Of a stretch of DNA of 64,000 nucleotides, positions 30,197-41,378 are shown in pieces. Source of the stretch: Sulfolobales archaeon (GTDB taxonomy: Archaea > Thermoproteota > Thermoprotei_A > Sulfolobales > AG1); NCBI GenBank assembly GCA_038867615.1, contig JAWBYA010000004.1, positions 128,001-192,000 of the forward strand. Reading direction: 5' to 3'. The position numbers were made by a program, and so were the translations under genes. Each line of letters starts with the position of its first letter. The first letter of the stretch is position 1. The notes beneath the pieces were generated by a model. The model did no database searches. It was not told where the DNA came from and saw only the letters and a list, made by a program, of their open reading frames with translations.

Positions 30197-30703
30197 GTGA
30201 CACAACCTGACTCTCTTGGGATAGTTATGAGAGAGATAGACATGACCCTCTGTGTTCTTATAGGTATCGAGCTCTATGTGCTACAGATTTTAATTGGTCC
30301 TGGGTTATATAGCCCAATATTATCCGTGATATCCCTAGCATTCCTAGTGATACCAATAGTAAGGCTTGAAGGTACCGCTAGAGGCGTTGCTAGCGTTCTC
30401 GAGATCCTGTTGGGTCTAGAGATCATAGCCCTAGGCTTCCTAATCCCAGGTGCTTCCATTTACAGCATCCCCTTGGGTATAGGGATAATAACCATCATGG
30501 GGATCCTATTAATCGCACTCTCAAAGGAAGGAATGCCTAGATGGATCTCATTAGCAACAATACCCATGATATACGTGCTAATGATAGTAGTAGCTAGAGA
30601 ACCTGTTGAGAGAGCCATTATTGTAGGCATGCTTGGAGCATTCCTAGCAGGAGGTTTTATAAGCCTTACACTCACCAGAGAACCGGAAGAGATAGAGGTC
30701 TAG
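30197..30703 (+). CDS. Hypothetical multi-pass membrane protein
   Basis: ~6 hydrophobic segments; divergent from the Rieske gene. Confidence 0.6.
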   Translation: MTQPDSLGIVMREIDMTLCVLIGIELYVLQILIGPGLYSPILSVISLAFLVIPIVRLEGTARGVASVLEILLGLEIIALGFLIPGASIYSIPLGIGIITIMGILLIALSKEGMPRWISLATIPMIYVLMIVVAREPVERAIIVGMLGAFLAGGFISLTLTREPEEIEV

Positions 30704-31093
30704 GAACATATATCGCCTAATTATATTGCTAAAGCGGTGAAAACAACCCAACCAACAGGCTTATTATCCACATACCCTTAATTGATCTCTAAACACGTAC
30801 CGCGTCTCCCCATATTAGGGGGTTACATCTATGTGTGTTTCTCTTTATCTATCTACGTTAGCGTGGTTTAGGATCACAGAACGAGACTCCCAGCATATAT
30901 TCTAAAAAAGCCTTAGATGGAAGATCGTTCTTCAGAAGTTTAGAGCATTAATTACATTCCTAAGAACTTCTTCTATGGAGACTCGATCATAAGCCTTTAT
31001 TATACAAAAAGGAAAACAACCCCACATAGAGACAGATAACAACCATTCTAATCCCTATATCTTTCTTCAGGATATTCTTCATAGGTGGTGTAG

Positions 31094-32239
31094 ATGGGCA
31101 TGGTCCTGGATAGGCTGAAGCCGCTATCAGCTGGGCAGGAGGCTATGCTCTCGGCACTCAGGGATCCCGAGGCTGAGATTGTAGGTATATTTGGTCCCAG
31201 CGGCTCTGGTAAGAGTCTCTTTTCAATAGCATATGGTATTGACTCGATCATCAACGGTAGGTTTAAGAGATTCCTTATTGTGAAGCCTCTAGTCAATGTG
31301 GTGAGCGGTGTTGGCATAGGCGTTGAGATTGGCAGGGAGGTGTTTGAGGGGCTTGTGTTGGATTATTTAAGGGATCTCGCATCAACCCTACAGATTGAGG
31401 GGGATTTAGAGGATCTGTTTAGGAGGAGATCTATACAGATCGTGGATCTCCACTACCTCAAGGGAAGAACCTTTGATGATTCGCTAGTATTTATAGACGA
31501 CATCCAAAACATGCCTGCCGAAAGCGTTATAGAGATCCTGACAAGGGTTGGTAATAGGAGTAAACTAATCGTTGCAGGCGACCCTGTATTCCAGAGGCTA
31601 AAGAGGGTTGAGAGAGACTCTTCAGCAATTATAAGGGAGATCCTGCTTGGCGAGGAGAAGGCGAGGGTAGTGGATCTAGGGCTAGCCGATGTGGTGAGAC
31701 CAGGGGCTAGGAGGGGGCTGAAGCTGTTTATGGAACTGATACTGAGGAGCAGGAGTATGAGTGATGAAGAAAAGAGGGTGGCAAGCATAATACCCCACCA
31801 CGCACCGGATGCAGATATAGTGACAGTTTTTGACATAACTAAGGCTAAGGAAACCTATGGTGCTAAAGGCGAAGGTGTACCTGACATATTGATCTTCACA
31901 AAAACGCCTGGAAGGCTTATAGGTAAGGGTGGAGAGAGGATCCAGAAGATCGAAAAGGAGATTGGGAAGAGAGTGAGAGGCGTAGAGCTTGTCCTCGACT
32001 TCAAAGAATGGATAAGATCTATACATCCAGTAACATGGGTTTATAAACACGTCGTTGGCGCGGACTTCGCAGGGCCGAAACTTAGGATAAGGATCGATAG
32101 AGAAGCTGCGGGAGCCTTCATAGGGCAGGGAGGATCCCACATAAGGTTCCTAGAATATATATTCGAAGGACTGTTAGGAATAGGGGTTGAGGTAGAGCAA
32201 GTAGAGGTCAAAACCGAGAGGGAGAAGAAAAGAAAGTGA
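31094..32239 (+). CDS. PhoH-family ATPase with C-terminal KH domains
   Basis: GPSGSGKS, KGRTFDD, AGDPVFQ; KH GxxG motifs (IGKGG, IGQGG). Confidence 0.88.
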   Translation: MGMVLDRLKPLSAGQEAMLSALRDPEAEIVGIFGPSGSGKSLFSIAYGIDSIINGRFKRFLIVKPLVNVVSGVGIGVEIGREVFEGLVLDYLRDLASTLQIEGDLEDLFRRRSIQIVDLHYLKGRTFDDSLVFIDDIQNMPAESVIEILTRVGNRSKLIVAGDPVFQRLKRVERDSSAIIREILLGEEKARVVDLGLADVVRPGARRGLKLFMELILRSRSMSDEEKRVASIIPHHAPDADIVTVFDITKAKETYGAKGEGVPDILIFTKTPGRLIGKGGERIQKIEKEIGKRVRGVELVLDFKEWIRSIHPVTWVYKHVVGADFAGPKLRIRIDREAAGAFIGQGGSHIRFLEYIFEGLLGIGVEVEQVEVKTEREKKRK

Positions 32240-32286
32240 ATAACGATCAATGCTAGATAGAATCTCGATAGAAGGAGAGCTGAACA

Positions 32287-33483
32287 ATGGAAACCCAGAT
32301 AGATAGGGAACAAGATCAAACAGAGCTTAGAAAAAGCGGGTCAAAACTAAGGCTATGCTTCCTAGTAAACCCGGTAGCAGGGCTTGGAGGACCTCTAGGG
32401 CTTAAGGGTAGCGATAGCATAGATCCTAGCGAGATTGCTAGAAGGCTTGGAGCAGGAGTGGTTTTGCCATCTATCTCACGAGCCAAGAGGTTCTTATCAG
32501 AACTATTATCCCTAGGCTTTGATGGATTGATAATATCTCCGGAGGGGATTATGGGCGGAGATCTTCTTCTCCCAACAGGTTACAGATATGTAGAGCTGGT
32601 GAAGCTAGAGAAACCATATATGGATGGTATAAGCACTAGAGAACATACCCTTGAATTTGTTAGAAACGCGGCTAAGCTTGGTTGCGAGGTGCTAGTGTTT
32701 GTTGGTGGTGACGGGACTGCTAGGGATGTATACCACGCAATGCCCCCAGGATCACATCTCCCGGTCCTCGGGGTTCCAGCAGGGGTTAAAGTCTATAGCG
32801 GTGTATTCTCAACAGGACCTGAGAGTGCTGCCTATCTGATCAAGCTATACAGCGAGGGGCTTGCTAGGGTAGAACATAGACCTGTTATAGATGCCGACGA
32901 GGATATGATGAGACAAGGTTTTCTAAAACTGGTCAGAGTGGGAGAACTACTAACACTAACATCCGGAGCATTGACACAGGATTCTAAAGAGACAGGCTAT
33001 GGTTATAGCGTTGAGGGTATAGCGACATACCTCAGAGAAATTATAGATCCTCAGAGACTCTATCTACTCGGTCCAGGCAGAACCATAGCTGAGATAGCCA
33101 GGATCCTTGGGATTGCGAAAACAGTGTTCGGGGTAGACGCCCTATATGGCTGGAGACTTGTGGGAACAGATCTAGACTCAGAATCTATAGAAAAACTTAT
33201 ACAGATATACGGAGACCCAGTCATAATAGTAACACCAATAGGGGGCACAGGATTCCTCCTAGGCAGAGGTAACCAGCAGATAACCCCAGAGATAATAAGA
33301 AGAGCGGGCAAGAATAATATAATAATAGTAATGTCGCCAGAGAAAGCTAGTAAAATGAACACACTACTAGTAGACACAGGGGATAAAAAGCTGGACGAGG
33401 ATCTCGAGGGATACTATAGAGCCATAGTAGGCTATAGAGAAGAGAAAGTCGTAAAAATCAAGGCTTCGTGGAAGACTAAATAA
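32287..33483 (+). CDS. ATP-NAD kinase family protein
   Basis: VNPVAGLGG, GGDGTARD, PAGVK.YSG, GRGNQQ, VDTGD. Confidence 0.85.
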   Translation: METQIDREQDQTELRKSGSKLRLCFLVNPVAGLGGPLGLKGSDSIDPSEIARRLGAGVVLPSISRAKRFLSELLSLGFDGLIISPEGIMGGDLLLPTGYRYVELVKLEKPYMDGISTREHTLEFVRNAAKLGCEVLVFVGGDGTARDVYHAMPPGSHLPVLGVPAGVKVYSGVFSTGPESAAYLIKLYSEGLARVEHRPVIDADEDMMRQGFLKLVRVGELLTLTSGALTQDSKETGYGYSVEGIATYLREIIDPQRLYLLGPGRTIAEIARILGIAKTVFGVDALYGWRLVGTDLDSESIEKLIQIYGDPVIIVTPIGGTGFLLGRGNQQITPEIIRRAGKNNIIIVMSPEKASKMNTLLVDTGDKKLDEDLEGYYRAIVGYREEKVVKIKASWKTK

Positions 33484-33528
33484 ACATAAAAGGATCGGAT
33501 AAAATATTTCCAAAGACTCCTAATTATA

Positions 33529-33606
33529 GGGCCCGTAGCTCAGCCAGGACAGAGCACCGGCCTCCGGAGCCGGGGGTCCCGGGTTCAAATCCCGGCGGGC
33601 CCGCCA
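33529..33606 (+). tRNA. tRNA-Arg(CCG)
   Basis: Cloverleaf GGGCCCG...CGGGCCC-G-CCA; anticodon stem CCGGC/GCCGG, loop CT-CCG-GA; T-loop GTTCAAATC. Confidence 0.96.
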
Positions 33607-33749
33607 CATTGGATAATTGAGAATATTTTGAGAATACTCGCCCTTTAATCTCCTCATCGTCTCTGCTAAAGTTCTATCTATTGCTTTGAGATAGGGCATT
33701 GTGTCGGTTAAATCTATTCTGCAAGTTTCGATTATCCCTGTCTTTTTAT

Positions 33750-34011
33750 ATAAATAACGGCTACATAGGTAGGGGTTGAGAGGGGGCTATTTCTTATCCT
33801 CAAAGAAGATTTTGAGAAAGATTGCTGAGGTTCAAAAATCCCATTTAAAGAGCTAGACAACTATTGTTATAAGTTAAACTAAGAAGGCTTGGAATAAAAG
33901 CCAGAACCCTTGGCCCCTATTCAAAGACATCCCATACTTGTCTGAGAGAAAAAGGCTATAATCAATGTCCACCTAAAGATCAAAGAGAGAATGAAAAAGA
34001 GGAAGTTATGA
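33750..34011 (+). pseudogene. XRE-family HTH regulator pseudogene
   Basis: Across frameshifts: INNGYIGR/VERG..P..KILRKIAEV/KIPFKEL...PLFKDIPYLS/EKKAIINVHLKIKERMKKRKL*. The stop overlaps the next ATG (ATGA). Confidence 0.55.
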
Positions 34012-34440
34012 GATTTATTATTGAAAAGACAAATGACATTCGTGAAAAGTATGGAATAAATGATCTAGATTTGTCACTAGAAAACTAGAGGCAAAGGTAA
34101 TCGAAGAACCCCTGGAATGAATGATAAAGGAAATATATATCAGGGATAAAAGAATGATAGTTATCAATCCGAATTGCATCTATATAAAAAGCGCTACCTA
34201 ATAGCCCATGCATTAGTCTACCACCTATTCCAGAGAAATGAAAAAGTGAATTATTTTATTAAAGGTGGAGAAAGCATTAGAAAGAGCCGAAATCTTCACA
34301 GCCTATTTGTTAATTCCAGAAGACAACATGAACACCATTTTGAAGCATGAATGGACTAAAGAATCTCTGAATCCATTCCCATAATTAGCAACATAGTTTC
34401 AGATCTCAGAAAACTTTATGGGGAGAGGCTAAATTTAAAA
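34008..34440 (+). pseudogene. ImmA/IrrE-family (DUF955) metallopeptidase pseudogene
   Basis: Across stops and frameshifts: MRFIIEKTNDIREKYG..IVINPN/KRYLIAHALVYHLF../ERAEIFTAYLLIP..LA..FQIS; degenerate HExxH region and E..A..F...LL.P motif. Confidence 0.7.
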
Positions 34441-34513
34441 GGCCAATCTATGCAAATTTATGTAGGAGATAAGATAATATTAGTGTGTGAAAGAGTAAGG
34501 AGATGAATAATTT

Positions 34514-35794
34514 ATGATATTAGAAAGAAGTGAAAGGACCGAAGATGAAATTATATTTAGGGAAGCTGTAAAAGCTATATTAGAAATTATGAAAAGACTT
34601 GGAGAAATTCGAGTCTATTCAATTTTGGTTCCTAAAATTGATCTCGCTAAGCGTTTTTGGCATCTAGAATCGGAGACTAAAATAACCTATCCGCGTATCC
34701 CTGAATTGGAAAATGAAGTAGCAAAACTCGAACCTGTAAGAAAATGCGTGTCTTTAATGCTGAAAAGAGACTTTCCCAAGCATCTTGAAATGATAATTAC
34801 GGATAAAGATGGAAAACCTGTTGAGAATCCTGATTATGAACCATTTTTAATAGCTGAAATATTAACGTTAACATATAGATATATTGAACTATACGGCCCT
34901 GAGTTCAATGAAGAAAAATTCAAGGAGCTATTCAATGAAATGATGGAGTATGTTTATTCGCCTACTAGAGATCTTGTTCTCGTCTCGCCTTTAGAAAATT
35001 TTGAGCTAGAGAATATAGATGAATTTACAGTTGACGAATATAAAGTACGGAGACTAACTGAATGGGAAATAAAAGCTCTAATCCGCTATGGCTATCGATT
35101 TGGAATTATTTCCACTCCTGAATATGGGAGGTTAGACACTATTTATTGTGTTGAGAGTATAATAAAGACATCAAAAGTAATCACTCCTTCTTTTCATCAT
35201 TACATAGAAGACTTTGTAACCGTGCTCAGACTTTTTAAGCCTGGCATCGTTGGTTTTAATGCTATATTGCATTATCCAAAGATTTGGAGAACTTCATGGG
35301 GGGCTTCATTTTCGCACAGGTATCAATTCAGACAATACCCTAAATATGTATTTAGCACGGGTGATGTTCAACCCTTTACTCAACTTTGGCGAAAATATAG
35401 TAAATTAAGGAATCAATTACCGAAGAATATAAAATTTTCTTTAAGATGGTTTAATAAGGCCTATGAAGAACGGGAAATGTTGGATAAGCTCTTAGATCTA
35501 GAAATAGCGCTTGAAGTATTATTTGGAACTTCTAATAGGTATAGGTTAGACCTGTACGTACCTCACTTTATAGGTTCTAATAAAGAAGAGAGATTAAAGA
35601 TAAATAAGGATATACGAGATTTATGGGAGAAAAGAAGTTCTATAGTTCACTCTGGTTATTCCGAAGTTACTCCAGAATTTGTAAGCAGAATTGAAAATAT
35701 TTACAGGCTATCCATGCAAAAATTCCTGGAATTGCTTCCTAAGCGTAGTTATGAAGACATTATAGAAGATATTAAGGTATCTATACTGGAATAA
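34514..35794 (+). CDS. ApeA-like HEPN-domain protein (putative defence RNase)
   Basis: C-terminal SLRWFNKA..DKLLDLEIALEVLF...WEKRSSIVHSG with an R-x4-H HEPN motif; AT-rich codons. Confidence 0.72.
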   Translation: MILERSERTEDEIIFREAVKAILEIMKRLGEIRVYSILVPKIDLAKRFWHLESETKITYPRIPELENEVAKLEPVRKCVSLMLKRDFPKHLEMIITDKDGKPVENPDYEPFLIAEILTLTYRYIELYGPEFNEEKFKELFNEMMEYVYSPTRDLVLVSPLENFELENIDEFTVDEYKVRRLTEWEIKALIRYGYRFGIISTPEYGRLDTIYCVESIIKTSKVITPSFHHYIEDFVTVLRLFKPGIVGFNAILHYPKIWRTSWGASFSHRYQFRQYPKYVFSTGDVQPFTQLWRKYSKLRNQLPKNIKFSLRWFNKAYEEREMLDKLLDLEIALEVLFGTSNRYRLDLYVPHFIGSNKEERLKINKDIRDLWEKRSSIVHSGYSEVTPEFVSRIENIYRLSMQKFLELLPKRSYEDIIEDIKVSILE

Positions 35795-36481
35795 ATTATA
35801 TTTAAAAAGAAAACACCTTAACTTATGCCAGAGTTTCAACAAAAGAGCAGGCTGAGAAGGGATTATCAAATTCAACTTGGTTGAAAGTAGCAAGGGAACC
35901 TCAACATACTCTTCAAAACTCTCTCAACACCCTGGCAAGCTCCTCCCTAAGCTCCTGACAGCCTTATCTCAATATAGTTTTTACTGTCTCACGAACCACA
36001 TTAAAACCTTGTCTGACTTTTTCATTCACATGTTTGGCTACAACAGTTCTAGAAACCTTAAGGACTCGGTAGCTCCATATAACATAGAGATCATCATAGA
36101 TCGTGGAACACGTACTACTACAAAGAAAAGAATAATATTTATCCTTGCGAAAAAGGCAAAGAGCTATAAGATCCTCACGCAGTGTCAGACTATGTTGGGT
36201 ATAAGATTTTTACTACTGGAATAGTTTTCAGGGATTGCACTATCTTCAGAAATAGAAACAACGCTTTAACGCTTGATCTCATATCCGCAAACAGGAGATC
36301 TGGCCATGCCTATAGATAGGGTCTCGATGGAACCATGACGCGCATATTTTTGAGAGAAAGCTTAGCTTAAAACAGACCAATAGATAATTACTAAATCTAG
36401 AGGCATTTCTGAGCATGATCCCATTATTGTGGTGCTTAATAAATGCTCAGCAGAATGCTTAGCATTCCGGAGATCTTGCTC

Positions 36482-36568
36482 TGGCGCCGGGGGCGGGATT
36501 TGAACCCGCGCGGGGTTTCCCCCACCGGCTCTCAAGGCCGGCCCCTTAGACCGCTCGGGCACCCCGGC
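36482..36568 (-). tRNA. tRNA-Ser(TGA)
   Basis: Reverse strand GCCGGGG...CCCCGGC-G-CCA; anticodon loop CT-TGA-GA; long variable arm GGGG-GAAA-CCCC. Confidence 0.95.
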
Positions 36569-36905
36569 ATCTACCATCGATATTTACTCTCTGAGGGTAT
36601 ATGTGTTTTACCGTGTCCTGGTTACTACGGCTTGTTTCTCTCCAAAATACCTATAGGAGGCTTTCTATAGTCTTCCACAGATCAGGCTCATATACAGACT
36701 ATTCACTTAGGGTTGTAGATAATGCTATGTGTCATGTTGCGACCTATATTTCGACTACATATCTGTAGCTGTAGATGCTCGGAGAATCCTTGTGATCTAG
36801 ATGAGACTGATATGTTGTATCTGGGGATCTATTGCCTTTCCACAAATGATCTGTAAAAATTTATTAATATACCCTTTTAACTAGATTTATTATCGGGCGA
36901 CCACT

Positions 36906-37199
36906 GTGCCTGAAAAGGATAAGCTTATCGGAGGCGGGTTGATGCTTATAAGTGCTGTTGTCTTGCTGGTGTATATATATGGGCTGTTTTTTAACGAAGC
37001 ACTAGGGCAGTTGTTAATAAAGCTGACAGTATTCGTGGCTGTTGCTGGTGTTATGGGTATACTTGGATGGATAGGATATACTCTGGCTACTACTCCTCCT
37101 CCAAAGCCTCTGGAAGAGATTGAGAAGGAGATCGAGGAGGAGCTTAAGAAGCTGGAGGAGCAGAAGGGAGGATCCGAGAAGAGCGGTGAAACTAAATAG
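36906..37199 (+). CDS. Conserved small archaeal two-TM protein
   Basis: Two TM helices, WIGYTLATTPPPKP and an acidic coiled-coil tail. Confidence 0.8.
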   Translation: MPEKDKLIGGGLMLISAVVLLVYIYGLFFNEALGQLLIKLTVFVAVAGVMGILGWIGYTLATTPPPKPLEEIEKEIEEELKKLEEQKGGSEKSGETK

Positions 37200-37218
37200 C
37201 TAAGTAATACTTTGTTTT

Positions 37219-39225
37219 TTACCTAGACCCTACGATCTTTCTCGCGGTTATCACGGTGTATTTATCGCTAAGCAGCTCGGTATAATCCCCTCCAAGATCC
37301 CTGCCATACTCTTCAAGAACCGGGAGCAGTTCTCTGATCTCCTCCTCATATAGCTCTCTATACTCGTACCTCGGCATCCCTATCCTCTCCTCATATAGCT
37401 TTCTAGCATATCTCATCACCTCCTCTGGCAACTTGTCTATCAGATCTATGTATGATTGCTCCACAAGATCCTCTAGATCTCTATTCTTTATGAATCCCTC
37501 GATAGCCATGGCTTTGAGGAATCTGAGCATCTCAACCCTTGGTGGTTGGGGTCCTATTCTGGCTGGATATACCTTCCCCCTAATATATATCCTACCACCA
37601 ACCATTCCAGAGCCCACATAGCTCCCAACAGACTCGGATCTGTTATTTTTATTCAAGATAATAATTACCCCTCCAGCCATGTATTCCCCGAGATAATCAT
37701 CAACTCTTCCACCTATTACTAGGTAGGGCCTCTTCTCCCTATACTCCCTCATCTGGATCCCAACCCTGTTGCCTGCGTTGCCGCCAACAAAGATCTTGCC
37801 GCCTTGGAGTGTTTGTGCCAGCACGTCCCTAGCATCACCTGTGATAACAACCTTACCTCCATGCATAGTGTCTCCACAGTCATCACCAACATTGCCATAT
37901 ACGTAGAAATAGTTTGCCTCGTTGAGATTTGCTAGGCAATTACCAACAACTCCATAGAGCTCTATCCTAATGTTTTTTACCCCACGCCTTGGGAGACTTA
38001 TACCTATATATCTATGCCCCATAACATTGGCTATCCTAACCACATTCTTGGTAGACGCTACCCTCGCTATCTCGTTATCAAGGCCCCTATAGTCAATATA
38101 CCTGGCATCTATGTCAAAGCCCTCTGGTGTAAAGATAGGTGGTGGGGAGAAGCTCTCAAGCTCCTCCTCAGGCCTTCCATAGCTTATTATACCCTTCTTA
38201 TATGAGGCTATGAAGTAGTACCCAGGCTTGAGGGTCCAGACCCTAGCGTTTGGGCTCAGCTCTCTTACCTCGCTCTCTTCACTGGCAGCATATATCCACT
38301 CCTGATCCTCTGCTAATATTACTGGCCTGAACTTAGATCTATCGGCTATCACGATCATATATATATCATCGCCCGAGCTATAGCCTATAATTGCTGTAAA
38401 TGGACCGTCAAGCCTAGCGTTCCTATATATATAGTCAGTCGATGGGTCCAGTATATGGTGCTTTCTAGAAGGGTTAGCGAGAATCTTCACAGCATCCTCT
38501 ACATCGTAGCCCTCGCTTAAGAGCTGGTCAAAAAGCATAGCCACAACCTCGCTATCCGTACCAACAAAGCCTCCCCACCCCCTCGAGCTTAGGAACTCAA
38601 TGTTAGCTCCGAAGGAGCTTAGATCACCGTTATGCACTATAGCTATATCGAATGTCGCGAACGGGTGGGACCAGTAGGGATAATGCCCAGGCGAGTTTGT
38701 AGGCTGTCTCGTGTGGGCTAGCCACATATCACCCTCGATGTTATGGATACCATATAGCCTTGCTATATCCCCTGGATAACCCACCCCTTTATACACATCA
38801 ACAGATCTCCCGGCACTATATACCTTACCAACCCCCTTGATCCATAGAAGTGTGTCGAGCTTCATAATAGCTTTCTTAAGAATAGTGGTGCTGCTAGCCT
38901 CAACACCAAGCCTGTGTGAGCATATATTTTTACTACACACCTCAACGCTATGTGATACCACCCTTACACCATAGGCTGCGAGTTCTCTGAATACCTCTGC
39001 TAGCACCCCAGGATCTTTTTCAACGAATATCTTAACATAGTATCTATGATTACTGCCAACACTTCCCTCCTCTAGATTAAATACTGCGAAGCCTGCTCCC
39101 TTATCACTCCCCCTATATCTTACCCTCTCTATAGCCCTAACTACTTCCTCGCCCCTTATCCTTCGCGAGTCCTTCTTTCTAAGGATGCCTAGTATGCCAC
39201 ACCCAGAGGGTTCATACCTCATCAT
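37219..39225 (-). CDS. Glutamate synthase subunit: class II glutamine amidotransferase fused to a GXGXG beta-helix domain
   Basis: SGCG N-terminus, [21 protein letters not shown]; GEYMAGG and GSGMVGG repeats. Confidence 0.88.
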   Translation of the reverse strand: MMRYEPSGCGILGILRKKDSRRIRGEEVVRAIERVRYRGSDKGAGFAVFNLEEGSVGSNHRYYVKIFVEKDPGVLAEVFRELAAYGVRVVSHSVEVCSKNICSHRLGVEASSTTILKKAIMKLDTLLWIKGVGKVYSAGRSVDVYKGVGYPGDIARLYGIHNIEGDMWLAHTRQPTNSPGHYPYWSHPFATFDIAIVHNGDLSSFGANIEFLSSRGWGGFVGTDSEVVAMLFDQLLSEGYDVEDAVKILANPSRKHHILDPSTDYIYRNARLDGPFTAIIGYSSGDDIYMIVIADRSKFRPVILAEDQEWIYAASEESEVRELSPNARVWTLKPGYYFIASYKKGIISYGRPEEELESFSPPPIFTPEGFDIDARYIDYRGLDNEIARVASTKNVVRIANVMGHRYIGISLPRRGVKNIRIELYGVVGNCLANLNEANYFYVYGNVGDDCGDTMHGGKVVITGDARDVLAQTLQGGKIFVGGNAGNRVGIQMREYREKRPYLVIGGRVDDYLGEYMAGGVIIILNKNNRSESVGSYVGSGMVGGRIYIRGKVYPARIGPQPPRVEMLRFLKAMAIEGFIKNRDLEDLVEQSYIDLIDKLPEEVMRYARKLYEERIGMPRYEYRELYEEEIRELLPVLEEYGRDLGGDYTELLSDKYTVITARKIVGSR

Positions 39226-41378
39226 AGCGAACCAGCCTGTCTAACCCTTATCCCTAGTGCTATGGGATCCTGTAACCCAACAGCTCTTAGTAGTTCTCTG
39301 TTACCTGTTAGTGTTGATTGAAGGCTATAGACTCCTGAGGCTCCTGCTAAGAGCGATATCTCCTTCTTAATACCTGCCAATATGTTGAATGCTTTTCTTT
39401 TAAGATTCTCCCTATTCCCAATCCCAATAGCTATCTCAAGGATCTTGTTTGACATGATAACACTATCTGCCCCAAGCATAACAAGCTTGACTATATCGCC
39501 GGGATCCCTGATCCTTGAAGATTTTGCCAGTATATCGTATCTATACCTAATCCCAGCGTTCTTCAACATTGTGTCGAGCTCTGAAACCACTAGCTCTAGA
39601 TCCTGATCCCCTAGATCCTCATCGACAACATACCCGAGAATCCCCTTTATCTCAACAATCCTCTGCAGAATCCTTGTTGATGATGGTATTCTTAGATATT
39701 TACCGATCCTTGGAAGATCATCCCACTCAACAACCCCTCCCCAATCCCGGCTAATCGATATCTCCTCAAACCCCTCATCAGCCTTATCGGTGAAAAGCCC
39801 TGTTCCAAGAGCCAGTGAAGCCCACTCAATAGCCCTCCTAGTCTCCTCCTCGGCATCGGTTATGTCGAAGATCACTGGTGCAGATATATATAGCTTCCCC
39901 CCAGCTAGGTAGAAACCGGTCTCGATATCCTCTCTATAGGGGTCTATAGAAGGTCTCGTCACCTGTGCTCCATCTATCCTTAGCCAGTCAGCTATCCTGT
40001 ACGGCTTCTCAACATCCGGGGGTCCCGTGCTCCCCATACCTATTATAACTGGGTCTCCCTTCGTTACAAGCTCGCCTAGGTAGGAGAGTCTCCTCCTACT
40101 CCACAGCTCGCCAACGCGATATTCAGGATCTGTTACAAGACCCTCTATACCCAGAATCCCCAGTATACTTTTAGGGAGACCCTCACCAACTAACAGATCC
40201 CTCCTCCCCCTAAGCTCCCTAACGCTTCTAAGCCCCAGCGAGTCTAGGATGTTTGCAAGCTCCAGTGTAAAGCCTCTTATGAAGTTGACAAGACCCCTAT
40301 ACCCAAACTCTATATCGAGCATCCTTGCCCCGTCTATCTTGTTTGTAAGCGCTGCTGGACAGTTACCGACATGGCATTTATGTATCATTATACATCCCAT
40401 GGCTATCAGAGCACCTGTACCTATGCTGACGACATCAGCACCAAGGGCTATTAGCTTTGCAGCATCTGTGGCATTGGATACCCTGCCTCCGGCTATTATT
40501 ACAAACCTATCTCTAAGCCCGTTCCTCTCAAGTATAGTGTTTGCCGATGCTACAGCAAGCTCTATAGGTATCCCCACATTATCCCTAACCATAAGTGGTG
40601 TCGCACCCGTACCAGCACCATGTCCATCTATTATCACGCCATCAGCACCCATCCTAGCTATCCCTGAGACTATGTATGGCGTGTAGTTAGTCGCAGCAAC
40701 TTTCACATAGACAGGTTTCCCGGTAGCTTCTTTGAGAGCCTCGATCCTTTGACCTAGATCCTCTATTGAGTATATATCATGATGGGGAGCCGGTGATATC
40801 GCGTCAGAACCTATTGGTATCCTTCTAGTCAGCGATATAGGCTCCGTCACCTTAGAGCCCGGAAGATGCCCCCCTATACCCGGCTTCGCCCCCTGACCTA
40901 TCTTTATAACCACACCAAGCCCCTTCATGAGGACTGATATATCAACACCAAACCTGGCTGACGCCCACTGGATAAAGATCCTCTTATGCTTGGCAACTTC
41001 AGGATGTAATCCTCCTTCTCCTGTACCTGCGAGTACCTCTGTTGCGTCAGCAGCCATAGCTATAGCTATATTGGGGTTACCGCTTAGCGCGCCATAAGAC
41101 ATATCGCCCAGGTATATGGGCGATGCCATATATATTCCCGAGATCTCTGTCGATGTATCGGCTACGGGATTCTCAACAGGAAATAGCCCAGCATCTTCGA
41201 ACCTGAATCTAACACGATCCAGAATTCTTATACTATTCTTTCTGCTAACAAACACCCTATAGGGTTTTCCTGTTGTAGCGAGTCTCCTTATATGATCTAT
41301 TCTCTCGATATCCCAGAATTCGTCTCCTAACGGCCTTGGCACTGTCAGATACGATCTTACAATCGTCATACTACACAC
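39222..41378 (-). CDS. Glutamate synthase FMN-binding subunit
   Basis: [51 protein letters not shown]-x5-C-x4-C 3Fe-4S motif; degenerate second barrel. Confidence 0.9.
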   Translation of the reverse strand: MCSMTIVRSYLTVPRPLGDEFWDIERIDHIRRLATTGKPYRVFVSRKNSIRILDRVRFRFEDAGLFPVENPVADTSTEISGIYMASPIYLGDMSYGALSGNPNIAIAMAADATEVLAGTGEGGLHPEVAKHKRIFIQWASARFGVDISVLMKGLGVVIKIGQGAKPGIGGHLPGSKVTEPISLTRRIPIGSDAISPAPHHDIYSIEDLGQRIEALKEATGKPVYVKVAATNYTPYIVSGIARMGADGVIIDGHGAGTGATPLMVRDNVGIPIELAVASANTILERNGLRDRFVIIAGGRVSNATDAAKLIALGADVVSIGTGALIAMGCIMIHKCHVGNCPAALTNKIDGARMLDIEFGYRGLVNFIRGFTLELANILDSLGLRSVRELRGRRDLLVGEGLPKSILGILGIEGLVTDPEYRVGELWSRRRLSYLGELVTKGDPVIIGMGSTGPPDVEKPYRIADWLRIDGAQVTRPSIDPYREDIETGFYLAGGKLYISAPVIFDITDAEEETRRAIEWASLALGTGLFTDKADEGFEEISISRDWGGVVEWDDLPRIGKYLRIPSSTRILQRIVEIKGILGYVVDEDLGDQDLELVVSELDTMLKNAGIRYRYDILAKSSRIRDPGDIVKLVMLGADSVIMSNKILEIAIGIGNRENLKRKAFNILAGIKKEISLLAGASGVYSLQSTLTGNRELLRAVGLQDPIALGIRVRQAGSL

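Larger units (their letters stand above)
33607..36481. mobile_element. AT-rich, GATC-poor genomic island remnant between the 3' ends of two convergent tRNAs
   Basis: Composition shift, pseudogenes and a defence-type gene. No integrase or att duplication seen. Confidence 0.55.

Noticed and set aside
33590-36500. attL/attR duplication of a tRNA 3' end
   Set aside because: No second copy of either tRNA 3' half was found, so the island cannot be called an intact integrated element.
36362-36670. ORFs 36362-36577 and 36443-36670
   Set aside because: They overlap tRNA-Ser and are artefacts of the GC-rich tRNA sequence.
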